63,599 nucleotides of DNA, taken from contig DBEB01000010.1 in the NCBI GenBank assembly GCA_002293855.1, forward strand, positions 1-63,599, in the 5' to 3' direction. This DNA comes from Candidatus Falkowbacteria bacterium UBA917 (GTDB lineage Bacteria > Patescibacteriota > Patescibacteriia > Patescibacteriales > Patescibacteriaceae). Position 1 is the first letter of the stretch, and every line of letters begins with the position of its first letter. Shown here piece by piece: positions 42,147-50,936 of the stretch. The position numbers were made by a program, and so were the translations under genes. The notes under the pieces were generated by a model. It saw only the letters and a program-made list of their open reading frames with translations, did no database searches and was not told where the DNA came from.

Positions 42147-42941
42147 TTAGCGAATGTAGTAAGTAATACCCATTTCCATTACTAGTTCATTGTCAGCAGT
42201 ATTGATCTGAGGAGTGGAGCCGGTATTGATAGCGCCAGCATTCATACCGCCCTTGCCGTAATCCATGACATTGCCCTGACCGGAGATGAAGTTTTCGTAC
42301 CAGCCACTGATTTTGTCGAGCCTAACCCGAGCAGTCCTAGCTAGATCAAGGCCTTTTTTCTCAGCGTCCTTGAGAGCGAGCACACGAGCCTGCTGCTTCA
42401 AGTCCTCTAGATTGGAGGCATCAAAGACCACACCGTTGACTTGGTTAGCACCGGCCTTGGTGGCTTCGGCAATCACCTTGGTTACTAAATCCTTGTTGGT
42501 GTTGAGATTTTTGACTTTGATAGCGAGTTGTTGATTGGCATTGTAGCCGGAGACGACAGAGATATTGTCTTTGAAGTCGTATTGAGTGTAGAGAGAATAG
42601 TTACTGGTTTTGATATCAGCCTCAGTTATGCCGAGTTTCTTGACAGCTTCACTGATAGCAAGGATCTTGGCGTTGAGTTGGTTGAGAGCGTCTTCAGCCT
42701 TGGCAGTTTTGTCGATTTGAACGCCGAGATTGATAGTCGCTTGATCGGGCTGATAAACAATACGACCCTGACCAGTGACAGTGACCTGACGATATTGTTG
42801 ATTGACGATACGATCACGGAGAATAGCAAAAGAAACAATGGCACCAATGACTAAGATGGCGATGATAGCCACTAAATGACCACGACTAGCACCGCATAGA
42901 TTACCCCAGCAGCAATCACTGGAAGTATTATTGTTTTTCAT
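42147..42941 (-). CDS. SIMPL/DUF541 domain protein (membrane-anchored)
   Basis: 264 aa. It has an N-terminal TM (LVAIIAILVIGAIVSFAIL). TVTGQGRIVYQPDQATINLGVQ...ALNQLNAKILAISEAVKKLGI...IKTSNYSLY has the typical DUF541 layout. Confidence 0.75.
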   Translation of the reverse strand: MKNNNTSSDCCWGNLCGASRGHLVAIIAILVIGAIVSFAILRDRIVNQQYRQVTVTGQGRIVYQPDQATINLGVQIDKTAKAEDALNQLNAKILAISEAVKKLGITEADIKTSNYSLYTQYDFKDNISVVSGYNANQQLAIKVKNLNTNKDLVTKVIAEATKAGANQVNGVVFDASNLEDLKQQARVLALKDAEKKGLDLARTARVRLDKISGWYENFISGQGNVMDYGKGGMNAGAINTGSTPQINTADNELVMEMGITYYIR

Positions 42942-42992
42942 AATTAAATAATTAAAGCTCTCATCAAGCTGATGTTTTAATAAGTTGCCTTG

Positions 42993-43021
42993 ATTATAGC
43001 ATTTTTGTGTTAGTCGGACAA
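42993..43021 (-). promoter_or_regulatory. promoter (TTGTCC-17 nt-TGcTATAAT) for the SIMPL gene
   Basis: The minus strand reads ttgtcc gactaacacaaaaatgc tataat. It has an extended -10 TG. Confidence 0.5.
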
Positions 43022-43024
43022 TCT

Positions 43025-43969
43025 TTAGAAAAATAGATACTTGTTTACCATGGCTCGGTAAACACGATAAGGCTTGGGGCCGACAGCCGCCTGACCATTG
43101 ATAAAGATGGTAGGAGTACCGTAGAACTTGGTGGTCTTAGCTTCGCTATATTGAGAACGCACTTGGTCGAGAGTAGCCTGATCGAGAGCACAAGACAATA
43201 GAGCCTGGCCATCAAGGCCGAGATTGCTAGCGAGAGTGGCGACAAATTCTGGCTTATCTAAATCGGATTTACTAGCCGCAAACATCTGCTCATTCCAAGC
43301 CCAGAACTTTTCGGGACTAGATTTATAAACACAGTTACCAAAGGCGGACATAAAAGTCTCGGACTCACCTGCTTTGACTGGAAAATGAATAAAAGTAAAG
43401 TCTAGGTTATACTTGGCAACTAATTTGGCAATATCAGGATAAACAGCACGGCTGTAGTCACATTCATAACAAGCGATCATGACCAATTTGTCTTTGGCAC
43501 TTTCATTTTGACGAGGGAAAAGCGAAAGGTCGAGACCAGCTAGAGTCAGATCAGACTCAGTAGAATTAACTAAACTGCAAGTCTCGCTATCCTGCATACT
43601 AGAAACTTTGTTATTGGTGCCACTAGGGTCAAAGGCACAAAAACTAGTCGAATTAAGGCCGTTGCAAGAACCGTAGAGATAGTAGCGATAGATACCTTGA
43701 GCAGTCCATATAGTGCTTGCCACCATAGCGATCATAAAAATCCAAGCAAAGACCTCGAAGTATTTGTTAAACATTTTAGCTGCCCAAACGCTGCGACCAA
43801 GTAGACGAGCTAAAATCTGACTGCGTACTTGTTCACTAAAACCAGTGTTACAAGGCCTGAGCGTGACTCGACGAAAAACGCAATCGAGGGCTCGCCTAGC
43901 ATACTCACGATGCGTAGCGCTAAAAATACCAAGGATAGAAAAAACCACGAGGGCAGCGACACAAAACAT
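43025..43969 (-). CDS. DsbA-family thiol:disulfide oxidoreductase fused to an N-terminal two-TM cysteine-containing domain
   Basis: 314 aa. The thioredoxin-fold part has a CYEC active site (VMIACYECDYS) and a C-terminal GTPTIFINGQ (the cis-Pro loop). The N-terminal membrane part has CVFRRVTLRPC. Confidence 0.7.
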   Translation of the reverse strand: MFCVAALVVFSILGIFSATHREYARRALDCVFRRVTLRPCNTGFSEQVRSQILARLLGRSVWAAKMFNKYFEVFAWIFMIAMVASTIWTAQGIYRYYLYGSCNGLNSTSFCAFDPSGTNNKVSSMQDSETCSLVNSTESDLTLAGLDLSLFPRQNESAKDKLVMIACYECDYSRAVYPDIAKLVAKYNLDFTFIHFPVKAGESETFMSAFGNCVYKSSPEKFWAWNEQMFAASKSDLDKPEFVATLASNLGLDGQALLSCALDQATLDQVRSQYSEAKTTKFYGTPTIFINGQAAVGPKPYRVYRAMVNKYLFF

Positions 43970-43972
43970 AGA

Positions 43973-45181
43973 TTAGAAAATTTGATTGATTTTAGTAAGA
44001 GTTTTAATAAACTGCTCCGCCTCCTCCATAGTATTGTAAAAGGCTAAAGAGACGCGGGCGCTACCGGTAAGTTTGTGAGCATGAAACCAAGAATGCACAC
44101 AGTGCTGGCCAGACCTGATCATAATACCAGACATATTGTCGAGCATCAAAGCGATTTGATGAGCGTCAACGCCGTCAAAATAAAAGGATAGCACGCCGCT
44201 ACGCTGACGCGGGTCCTCTGGGCCAATCAAACGGAACTTAGCTAGCTTCTGAACTTCGCTAGTCAAATAATGATTGAGCTGATACTCATGTTCACGAATG
44301 GCGCTGAAGTCCAGAGCCGAGAGATAGTCAATGGCTGCTCCCAATCCCAGTAAGCCAGCATAGTCCTGCAGACCAGCTTCAAAGCGCTCCGGAACTGGTA
44401 AAAACTTGTGATCAGTATAAGTAACTGACTCAACCGTGTCACCGCCAACTAGAAATGGTTCGAGCGAATTAAGTAAAGATGCTTTGCCGTAGAGTACGCC
44501 AGTGCCAGTCGGACCAAGCATCTTGTGACCTGAAAAAGCTAGATAATCGAGGTCTAGTGCACGGACATCGAGGCGCTGATGAAGCATAGCCTGAGCGCCA
44601 TCGACAAGCACTTGGGCGCCAGCACTATGAGCGAGGCGAATGATCTCAGAGATTGGCACAGTGACGCCGTCGAGGTTGGCCGTGTGACCAATAGCAACGA
44701 GTCTAGCACCGGTAATGACTTGAGCGAAATGGTCGAGGTCAAAAGTGTTATCAGCTCGCGAAGGCAAGACTTCTAAAGTGGCTCCAGTTTGCTGGCAGAG
44801 TAGCTGCCAAGGAACGAGATTAGAATTATGTTCTTTGTCAGAAACCAGAATCCGATCAGTAGCCTTGATGCCGAGGCTACGAGCAACTAGATTGATGCTT
44901 TCGGTAGTATTACGAGTAAAAATGATTTCTTCTTCGCTTGATGCGTTAATGAACTTAGCGACTTTGGCGCGGACAGCTTGAACTTTTTGGCTAGCTAGTT
45001 GGCCAAGATGATGAGAACTACGACCGACACAAGCTGGGTAGTCACGATAATACTCAGTCATAGCGTCAATGACGAGGCTGGGTTTCAAACTCATGCAAGC
45101 ATTATCAAAATAAATCTGACGAGCAGAGTCGGGACGAGTTAAAAGTGGGAAGTCCTGACGGACTTGAGAAGTGTTAAACAT
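43973..45181 (-). CDS. sufS: cysteine desulfurase, SufS/class V aminotransferase
   Basis: 402 aa. It has FSGHKMLGPTGTGVLYG (PLP Lys) and RSGQHCVHS (catalytic Cys loop). Confidence 0.85.
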   Translation of the reverse strand: MFNTSQVRQDFPLLTRPDSARQIYFDNACMSLKPSLVIDAMTEYYRDYPACVGRSSHHLGQLASQKVQAVRAKVAKFINASSEEEIIFTRNTTESINLVARSLGIKATDRILVSDKEHNSNLVPWQLLCQQTGATLEVLPSRADNTFDLDHFAQVITGARLVAIGHTANLDGVTVPISEIIRLAHSAGAQVLVDGAQAMLHQRLDVRALDLDYLAFSGHKMLGPTGTGVLYGKASLLNSLEPFLVGGDTVESVTYTDHKFLPVPERFEAGLQDYAGLLGLGAAIDYLSALDFSAIREHEYQLNHYLTSEVQKLAKFRLIGPEDPRQRSGVLSFYFDGVDAHQIALMLDNMSGIMIRSGQHCVHSWFHAHKLTGSARVSLAFYNTMEEAEQFIKTLTKINQIF

Positions 45182-45231
45182 GGCCTTAAATTAGCATATT
45201 AAATAGAGAAAAACAAGTTACAGCAGGAAAT

Positions 45232-45259
45232 AAAAAGCCCGTTTCCTCAGAAACGGGAC
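45232..45259 (-). terminator. terminator after the tRNA-adjacent orphan gene
   Basis: The minus strand has the stem cccgtttc/gaaacggg with a 4-nt loop, followed by ttttta ttt. Confidence 0.7.
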
Positions 45260-45272
45260 TAGTTAAAAAATT

Positions 45273-45830
45273 TTAGTTTAAAAAGATAACCGGCCTAACC
45301 AGAAAGTCTGATTCGACTAGGCTCATCTTAAAATTGTAGCTATAACCTAGGTTATTAGCACAGATAGCTTGATTGCCCCATAACCCACCCTGAACTGTTT
45401 CAGGAAACCAAGTAGTAGTTTCTAAGTCCGGATAGCTGTGATGTGCTAGTAATATACAAGCACAATAAATAAGGTACTCACTGTAAGTCATGACAGCTCT
45501 GCCTTCGGTGAACTTGGTAGTAGCGGGTAGAACTGCTAGCCAGTAGGGTTCACTTGGACGATTAGTGCTGCGACTGGGCTGGTATTTGGGGTATATAGAA
45601 TAATGACTGAGACGGCGTTGTAGTTTTTCTACATTAGCCGTATCGACAAAAATCATCTGACACTCGTCCCCGTAAATGGAGACTGGGGGTATTGGATAAT
45701 CAAAAGGATTATCCTTGATTCTGAACTTAGCATAAAAGCTTTTTGTTAAAGCCTCATCTAGATCAGAATAAGGCTCGCTAACAAGCAGTGGATTATGCCG
45801 ACCAATCAGATAGTCGATGGTGGCTGTCAT
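45273..45830 (-). CDS. hypothetical protein (orphan, 185 aa)
   Basis: I trimmed the ORF to the Met at 45830 (MTATIDYLIGRHN...), which is preceded by GGAGGG. It is flanked by its own terminator and by the tRNA-Thr terminator. No family was recognised. Confidence 0.6.
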   Translation of the reverse strand: MTATIDYLIGRHNPLLVSEPYSDLDEALTKSFYAKFRIKDNPFDYPIPPVSIYGDECQMIFVDTANVEKLQRRLSHYSIYPKYQPSRSTNRPSEPYWLAVLPATTKFTEGRAVMTYSEYLIYCACILLAHHSYPDLETTTWFPETVQGGLWGNQAICANNLGYSYNFKMSLVESDFLVRPVIFLN

Positions 45831-45902
45831 AAGCCCTCCAAAAATTGTTAAACAACAAGAAAGATTAATGCCATTAGCATAGCATAAAAAGTTGCAAAAG
45901 GC

Positions 45903-45929
45903 AAATAAAAACACCTCAATTGAGGTGTT
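45903..45929 (-). terminator. terminator after tRNA-Thr
   Basis: The minus strand reads aaacacctcaattgaggtgtttttattt. It is a palindromic stem acacctc/gaggtgt followed by a T-run. Confidence 0.7.
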
Positions 45930-45933
45930 TCAT

Positions 45934-46009
45934 TGGAGCCGTCACGGGGATTTGAACCCCGGACCCCCACCTTACCATGGTGGTGCTCTACCAACTGAGC
46001 TACAACGGC
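45934..46009 (-). tRNA. tRNA-Thr (anticodon GGU), CCA encoded
   Basis: The reverse complement is GCCGTTG-TA-GCTC-AGTTGGTA-GAGC-A-CCACC-AT-GGT-AA-GGTGG-GGGTC-CGGGG-TTCAAAT-CCCCG-TGACGGC-T-CCA. It is 76 nt and all four stems pair, with two G-U pairs in the acceptor. Confidence 0.85.
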
Positions 46010-46018
46010 CTATTTAAA

Positions 46019-46849
46019 TTATGCGGGCTGATCACTGACCAAGTCACGGATCTGCTCTTTGATGTCTTTGAGCTTTTTATTACTTGGATTAGAAGCTTCT
46101 AGCTGGCGACAAAAAATAGCAGCCCTAGAACCATCTTTAGTCATTATACACAAATCTATAATTTTATCAAGATATTTGGGATTGGCTGGTTCTATAGCCA
46201 AAGCTTGCTCTAAATAATCCAAAGCCCGGTCGTTTTCGTTAATTTTTTGATAAACACTGGCTAAACTATAATAGTTTTTGGCTAATTCCGCCTGAGGCAA
46301 AGCATCTTTATCATGTTTCAAAAGCTGATTTTTGAGCTTAATGACATGCAAAAGAGTTTGTTCGGCGTCTTCGTTATTTTCACGAACAAAGTAATTATCA
46401 GCTAGCAGCTCGTAGGCCTTGAAGTTCTTTGCATCTAGGCCAATGACTTCGATGTATTTGTGCTCAGCCTTGACCAACTCGTCTTTACGAGTTAAATCTT
46501 CGGCTTCAGCGAGCAGAATGTCGACTTGCTGATCGAGATCGTATTTGGTTTGTACGACGATTTTGGTGTGACTTTGCTGAAGATTAACTAACTTATCATA
46601 GAGCAAATGAGCCTTGTCAGCAATGAAATGACCGATTGGCGCCATAAATTTGAGAAAATAGCCAAAAAAACGACTTAGATCTCGTTTAAACTTATCATGG
46701 AGGATTTTTTGTTTGAGCTCGGCTTGGCGTTCAGCATTAATTTGTTCGATATTAATGCTCGCAAGCAAAGGAAACTTGCGTAAAACAATAGTTAAAATTA
46801 GCAAAAAACTAATGACTAACAAGCTCCAAACAATGATATTAAGAATCAT
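46019..46849 (-). CDS. membrane-anchored TPR-repeat protein
   Basis: 276 aa. It has an N-terminal TM (IIVWSLLVISFLLILTIVL). The C-terminal half has TPR-like A/Y/L periodicity (AELAKNYYSLASVYQKINENDRALDYLEQALAIEPANPKYL). Confidence 0.7.
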   Translation of the reverse strand: MILNIIVWSLLVISFLLILTIVLRKFPLLASINIEQINAERQAELKQKILHDKFKRDLSRFFGYFLKFMAPIGHFIADKAHLLYDKLVNLQQSHTKIVVQTKYDLDQQVDILLAEAEDLTRKDELVKAEHKYIEVIGLDAKNFKAYELLADNYFVRENNEDAEQTLLHVIKLKNQLLKHDKDALPQAELAKNYYSLASVYQKINENDRALDYLEQALAIEPANPKYLDKIIDLCIMTKDGSRAAIFCRQLEASNPSNKKLKDIKEQIRDLVSDQPA

Positions 46850-46896
46850 AGGACTTTAGTGTAGCTGATAAAACAGGCACTGGCAATAAGTATTTT

Positions 46897-47637
46897 TTAT
46901 TTAATATTAGCTATTTTATAGAAATTACTAGCTGATAGCGAAGCGCCGCCGATCAAAAAACCGTCAATTTCTGACTCGGCTAGGAGACTGGCTGCATTAT
47001 CAAGATCCACACTACCACCATAAATAACTTTGATTTTGGTGTTTGCACCCAAGATTTTGGTGGCAACACGACGAATTAACTGATGAATAACAACAGTATC
47101 AGCGGCTTTACTGACTTTACCAGTGCCAATCGCCCAGATTGGCTCATAGGCTATCACTAAGGAGTTATTTTTGGCTAATTTCAGGCCCTTGAGAGCTCGT
47201 TGGACTTGACCAGTGATAAAAGAGGCACTACGACCGGCTTTGCGCTTAGCCGCATCCTCACCGACGCAAATAATAGGGGTTAGACCAGCATCTAGGGCGC
47301 TCTGGGCTTTGGCATTGATCATACGGCAAGACTCAGCTAAATACTGACGACGTTCACTGTGACCGAGGATGACATGAGTACAAGCAAGTGAGCGGAGGCT
47401 GGCGGCAGAAATCTCACCCGTGTAAGCACCTTTGAGAGTCCAAAAAGCGTCTTGAGCACCGAGTGATAAAAGTGAATTTTTGAAGTTAGCGGCTAACTGA
47501 GCTAGTGGTAAAAATGATGGGCAGACTACAACTTGGTTGGGAGATTTTTTGAAAAGCTTGAGATAATCCCCTCCCAGCTTAAGAGACTCAGCACAATCAA
47601 GATTCATTTTCCAATTGGCGACAATTAATTTATTCAT
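46897..47637 (-). CDS. tpiA: triosephosphate isomerase
   Basis: 246 aa. It has ANWKMN, ILGHSERR, AYEPIWAIGTG and IYGGSV. Confidence 0.95.
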   Translation of the reverse strand: MNKLIVANWKMNLDCAESLKLGGDYLKLFKKSPNQVVVCPSFLPLAQLAANFKNSLLSLGAQDAFWTLKGAYTGEISAASLRSLACTHVILGHSERRQYLAESCRMINAKAQSALDAGLTPIICVGEDAAKRKAGRSASFITGQVQRALKGLKLAKNNSLVIAYEPIWAIGTGKVSKAADTVVIHQLIRRVATKILGANTKIKVIYGGSVDLDNAASLLAESEIDGFLIGGASLSASNFYKIANIK

Positions 47638-47643
47638 ATAATT

Positions 47644-48642
47644 TTAATTAGTGTCTTTAAAATACCAATGTAATAATTTGGCAGTTTCGCTAAAACGAGC
47701 CTTGATGGTGCCTGCACCGAGAACCACACTAATCACCTCTTGCTCGTGATTACTAAAATTACCAACAAAGCAGTAGCCAGCCTTGTCAACATAACCAGTT
47801 TTACCGCCTAGGATTTCAATAGTGCCTAGATCACCGCCCAAGAGATCGTCAGTGCTGTAAATACGTCGTTTGGTATCTGGCAAAAGAGTAAGATCATAGC
47901 CCTTGGTCAGGACTGCAGCTCGGATGTCGCTATGCAAAAAAGCCTGACGAGCAAAAACACTAACCTCAGCAGCAGTAGAGACGTTGCCGGACGACAAGCC
48001 GGTCGGGTCAGTAAAAACAGTTTCGACTAGACCCATAGAGACAGCTCGTTGATTCATACGATCGACAAATTGTTCTTCGGACAAGCCAGTTAGATTAACC
48101 AAGGCAATAATAGCAGCATTATCAGAAGCGACTAGAGCATCATAAAAAAGGTCACGAGCAGTGATGCGTTCGCCAGCCTTGATATTGGGAGTAGCGCCTG
48201 GACGAGCGTCAGTGGCACGCACAGTGTAAACAGTTTCCCAACCTGGATTATTATCAACAAAAACTAAAGCAGCCATGAGCTTGGAGATACTAGCAATAGC
48301 GTGTTGGTAATCAGCGTTTTGTTCAAAGAGTCGTGCGCCAGTTTGAGTATCGATGAGAATGGCACTCGTGGCTTCGATAACTAATTCGGGCTCAGAGCTA
48401 ATCTTTTCACCAGCGACAGCGGAGGCAGCGACTTTCCAAGGTCCTTTGTGAGGGATTGGTAAAGCAGAGTTAGGATCAAGAGCGCCAGAACGCAAAACTG
48501 CTAGCTGATCCTGAACCAAGTGCTCCATGCTGGCCATGGTAGTATTGATAAAATAACGATCCAAAGCAGAAGCCAGAAAAAAATTATGACCAAAAGTGAT
48601 TTGAAGCAAAGACACAAAACTAATTAATAACGTAGAAATCAT
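47644..48642 (-). CDS. D-alanyl-D-alanine carboxypeptidase (S11, PBP5/DacB-like)
   Basis: 332 aa. It has SxxK (ASISKLM), SxN (ASDNAA) and KTG (GKTGY). Confidence 0.85.
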   Translation of the reverse strand: MISTLLISFVSLLQITFGHNFFLASALDRYFINTTMASMEHLVQDQLAVLRSGALDPNSALPIPHKGPWKVAASAVAGEKISSEPELVIEATSAILIDTQTGARLFEQNADYQHAIASISKLMAALVFVDNNPGWETVYTVRATDARPGATPNIKAGERITARDLFYDALVASDNAAIIALVNLTGLSEEQFVDRMNQRAVSMGLVETVFTDPTGLSSGNVSTAAEVSVFARQAFLHSDIRAAVLTKGYDLTLLPDTKRRIYSTDDLLGGDLGTIEILGGKTGYVDKAGYCFVGNFSNHEQEVISVVLGAGTIKARFSETAKLLHWYFKDTN

Positions 48643-48643
48643 A

Positions 48644-49240
48644 TTAATCAGTAGTAGTTAGAGTCTCTAGATCAGACTGTGCGACTGACTCAGCTGAGAC
48701 ATCGTCGTGACTTAAAAATTTGGCAACAACAGTGTCGTTATGCAAGCGGTCATAGTCAGGCAACTGTTCCAGTGAGCTAACACCAAGGAATTTGAGGAAA
48801 TCAAAAGTAACTTGATAGTAAGTATCGCCGTCTTTTTTATCGCCTCTAGATTCGACTAAACCTCGCAAGAGTAAATTGCGTAAAATCATCGAACAATTAA
48901 TGCCGCGAATACGATCTAAATCAGCTTTAGCAATCGGACCACGATAGGCAATGATGGTCAGAGTTTCCAAGCTAGGACGACTGAGATCACTATTGATTTC
49001 TTGATCCAAGAACTTTTTAATCAATTCAGAATTGTCAGTCTTGGTCACTAACTGATACTTACTGTTGTTATGCAGAAGAGCTAAGCCAGAGTCAGCGGCA
49101 GCATAACGCTCAGTCAAAACTAGGAGCGCAGCTTCTAAATCGGCGTTAGTCGCCCCAGTCAAGTCAACAAGCTGTTTAAGTGCCACAGGCTTGGCGCTGA
49201 CAAAAAGTAAAGATTCAAGTTGTGAGGATAGATTGGTCAT
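48644..49240 (-). CDS. scpB: segregation and condensation protein B
   Basis: 198 aa. LESLLFVSAKPV...LSRPSLETLTIIAYRGPIAKADLDRIRGINCSMILRNLLLRGLV matches the family pattern. Confidence 0.9.
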   Translation of the reverse strand: MTNLSSQLESLLFVSAKPVALKQLVDLTGATNADLEAALLVLTERYAAADSGLALLHNNSKYQLVTKTDNSELIKKFLDQEINSDLSRPSLETLTIIAYRGPIAKADLDRIRGINCSMILRNLLLRGLVESRGDKKDGDTYYQVTFDFLKFLGVSSLEQLPDYDRLHNDTVVAKFLSHDDVSAESVAQSDLETLTTTD

Positions 49241-49266
49241 AGATCATTAAAAATCTGGACTGTAAG

Positions 49267-49965
49267 TTAGAGTAATTTTTGAACTTCGATCTCTCCAAAA
49301 GTAGCGACTTGCTCAATCAATACTTCTCGCTGTTTCATTAATTCGAGAATAGCGAGAAAGCCAACAATGACTTCGGTTTTGGATTTAGCTTTGCCAACAA
49401 AATCACGAAAGAAGAAATTAATCTTTTGAGTGAGAATCTTTTTGACCTCATTCATCTTATCATCAATATTGACATGTTCAATGATAGTGCCGACGCCTAG
49501 TTCTTCTACTGGTTTGAGACGAGCATAGACTTCATAACAGATATTTGGCAAATCCCCTAGCATCAGAGTCTTGGGTGGTGTAAAAGAGTCAAGCAAGAGT
49601 GATTGCTTACTAAACTCTCGCCCAAACATGCTTTTTTGGCTGCCGATCAGCTGACTAATGAGCTTGGTAGCATCCAAAAACTCTTTATACATCTTGATCT
49701 GAGATTCAAAGTCATCAACTTCTTCATCTTCGCTAGGATAGAGGTAGGGTAGCAGTGCTCGTGACTTAAGCAAGAGCAACTTGGCGGCAACAACTAAAAA
49801 ATCAGCAATATGTTCAGGATCAATATCGACACTGGATTTAATGTAAGCAATGTATTGATCAGCAATTTTAACCAAGCTGACCTCGGTGATATCCAACTTG
49901 TCATCTTCGATCATTTGCAAGAGCAGATAGAGCGGGCCTTCGAATTTGTCGATCTTGATAATCAT
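49267..49965 (-). CDS. scpA: segregation and condensation protein A
   Basis: 232 aa. FEGPLYLLLQMIEDDKLDITEVSLVKIADQY is the hallmark N-terminus. Confidence 0.9.
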   Translation of the reverse strand: MIIKIDKFEGPLYLLLQMIEDDKLDITEVSLVKIADQYIAYIKSSVDIDPEHIADFLVVAAKLLLLKSRALLPYLYPSEDEEVDDFESQIKMYKEFLDATKLISQLIGSQKSMFGREFSKQSLLLDSFTPPKTLMLGDLPNICYEVYARLKPVEELGVGTIIEHVNIDDKMNEVKKILTQKINFFFRDFVGKAKSKTEVIVGFLAILELMKQREVLIEQVATFGEIEVQKLL

Positions 49966-50012
49966 TGAGCCTGTTTATTATAACACAGCAAAGCGCGCTG
50001 TCTATTGGTGAT

Positions 50013-50927
50013 TTATTTGATGGGAGTGATAATGGGAGCTTCGGCAGATTTGACAAGTACTAGATCAAAACAATCTTCACCGGCCTGATGATCCCACCTT
50101 GGTTCCGAGTAATTAAACTTATCAGAACGGTCGGTAGCGAGCTTAAAGTTAGCGCAGAGCTGGTAACTCTCAGCTGTCAAAACTTGATAACGGTAAGCTT
50201 GACTAGAATCATCAGTCAGACTCTCCTCTCGGAGGTAGATACCAGCAGAATTAACGAGCACTGAAAGATCTACGGGCAACTGCTTATTGGCAGCGTAGTA
50301 TTGATTAATAGCGCTATCAATAGTCATCAAGTCGCTAAGAGTGTTTTGATCTTGGCGCTGGCTACGCACCACACTTGGCTTATCCATGACACAAAGAGCA
50401 GAAACAAAGATGCCGGCAATGATAGCCAAACTAGCGATCCAAAAAATTCTGCGAACCAAATCAGTGCTAGCAACTTTGTCTTTGCGAATATCATAAAAGT
50501 AATAACCAAAGACTGAGCCGGCAATCAGCAAAATAGTTAGAGTTTTGAGAATAGCTTTGAGAGTTAACTCACCGTTTAAAAAGCTAGTGGTGGTCATGAT
50601 CAACCAAACGAGAATAACGACACTGGAAATAAAGATGATCAGATAAGTTAGCCAACGACGGATTGGAGCGGCAAGCGCGATGTCTTTTTTAACTAGACCT
50701 TGATTAATGAGCATCTGCATCCAGTAAAAAACTGGGGTCGCAAAGATAAGCGAAGCGATAGCAAAACGGATCATTTCTTGACTAACGCTGTCAGAATAAT
50801 TACTGAGAGTATCCGGAATAAAGTGATTGATTAATTGAAAGACAATGATACCACTGTTGATACTGACAAAGATCAGTGCCACTAGTGACAAGAGATAATA
50901 AAAAGCGTATTTGGCATTATTATTCAT
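50013..50927 (-). CDS. polytopic membrane protein (DUF5671-like) with a C-terminal pilin-like globular domain
   Basis: 304 aa with about five TM segments. Then comes RSQRQDQNTLSDLMTIDSAINQYYAANKQLPVDLSVL...YRYQVLTAESYQLCANFKL. This resembles the post-helix region of type IV pilin / pseudopilin-like proteins. Confidence 0.6.
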   Translation of the reverse strand: MNNNAKYAFYYLLSLVALIFVSINSGIIVFQLINHFIPDTLSNYSDSVSQEMIRFAIASLIFATPVFYWMQMLINQGLVKKDIALAAPIRRWLTYLIIFISSVVILVWLIMTTTSFLNGELTLKAILKTLTILLIAGSVFGYYFYDIRKDKVASTDLVRRIFWIASLAIIAGIFVSALCVMDKPSVVRSQRQDQNTLSDLMTIDSAINQYYAANKQLPVDLSVLVNSAGIYLREESLTDDSSQAYRYQVLTAESYQLCANFKLATDRSDKFNYSEPRWDHQAGEDCFDLVLVKSAEAPIITPIK

Positions 50928-50936
50928 ATAATTAAA

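Noticed and set aside
45831-45914. N-terminal 28-codon extension of the tRNA-adjacent orphan ORF.
   Set aside because: The extension runs into the tRNA-Thr terminator hairpin. The internal Met at 45830 has a GGAGGG SD.
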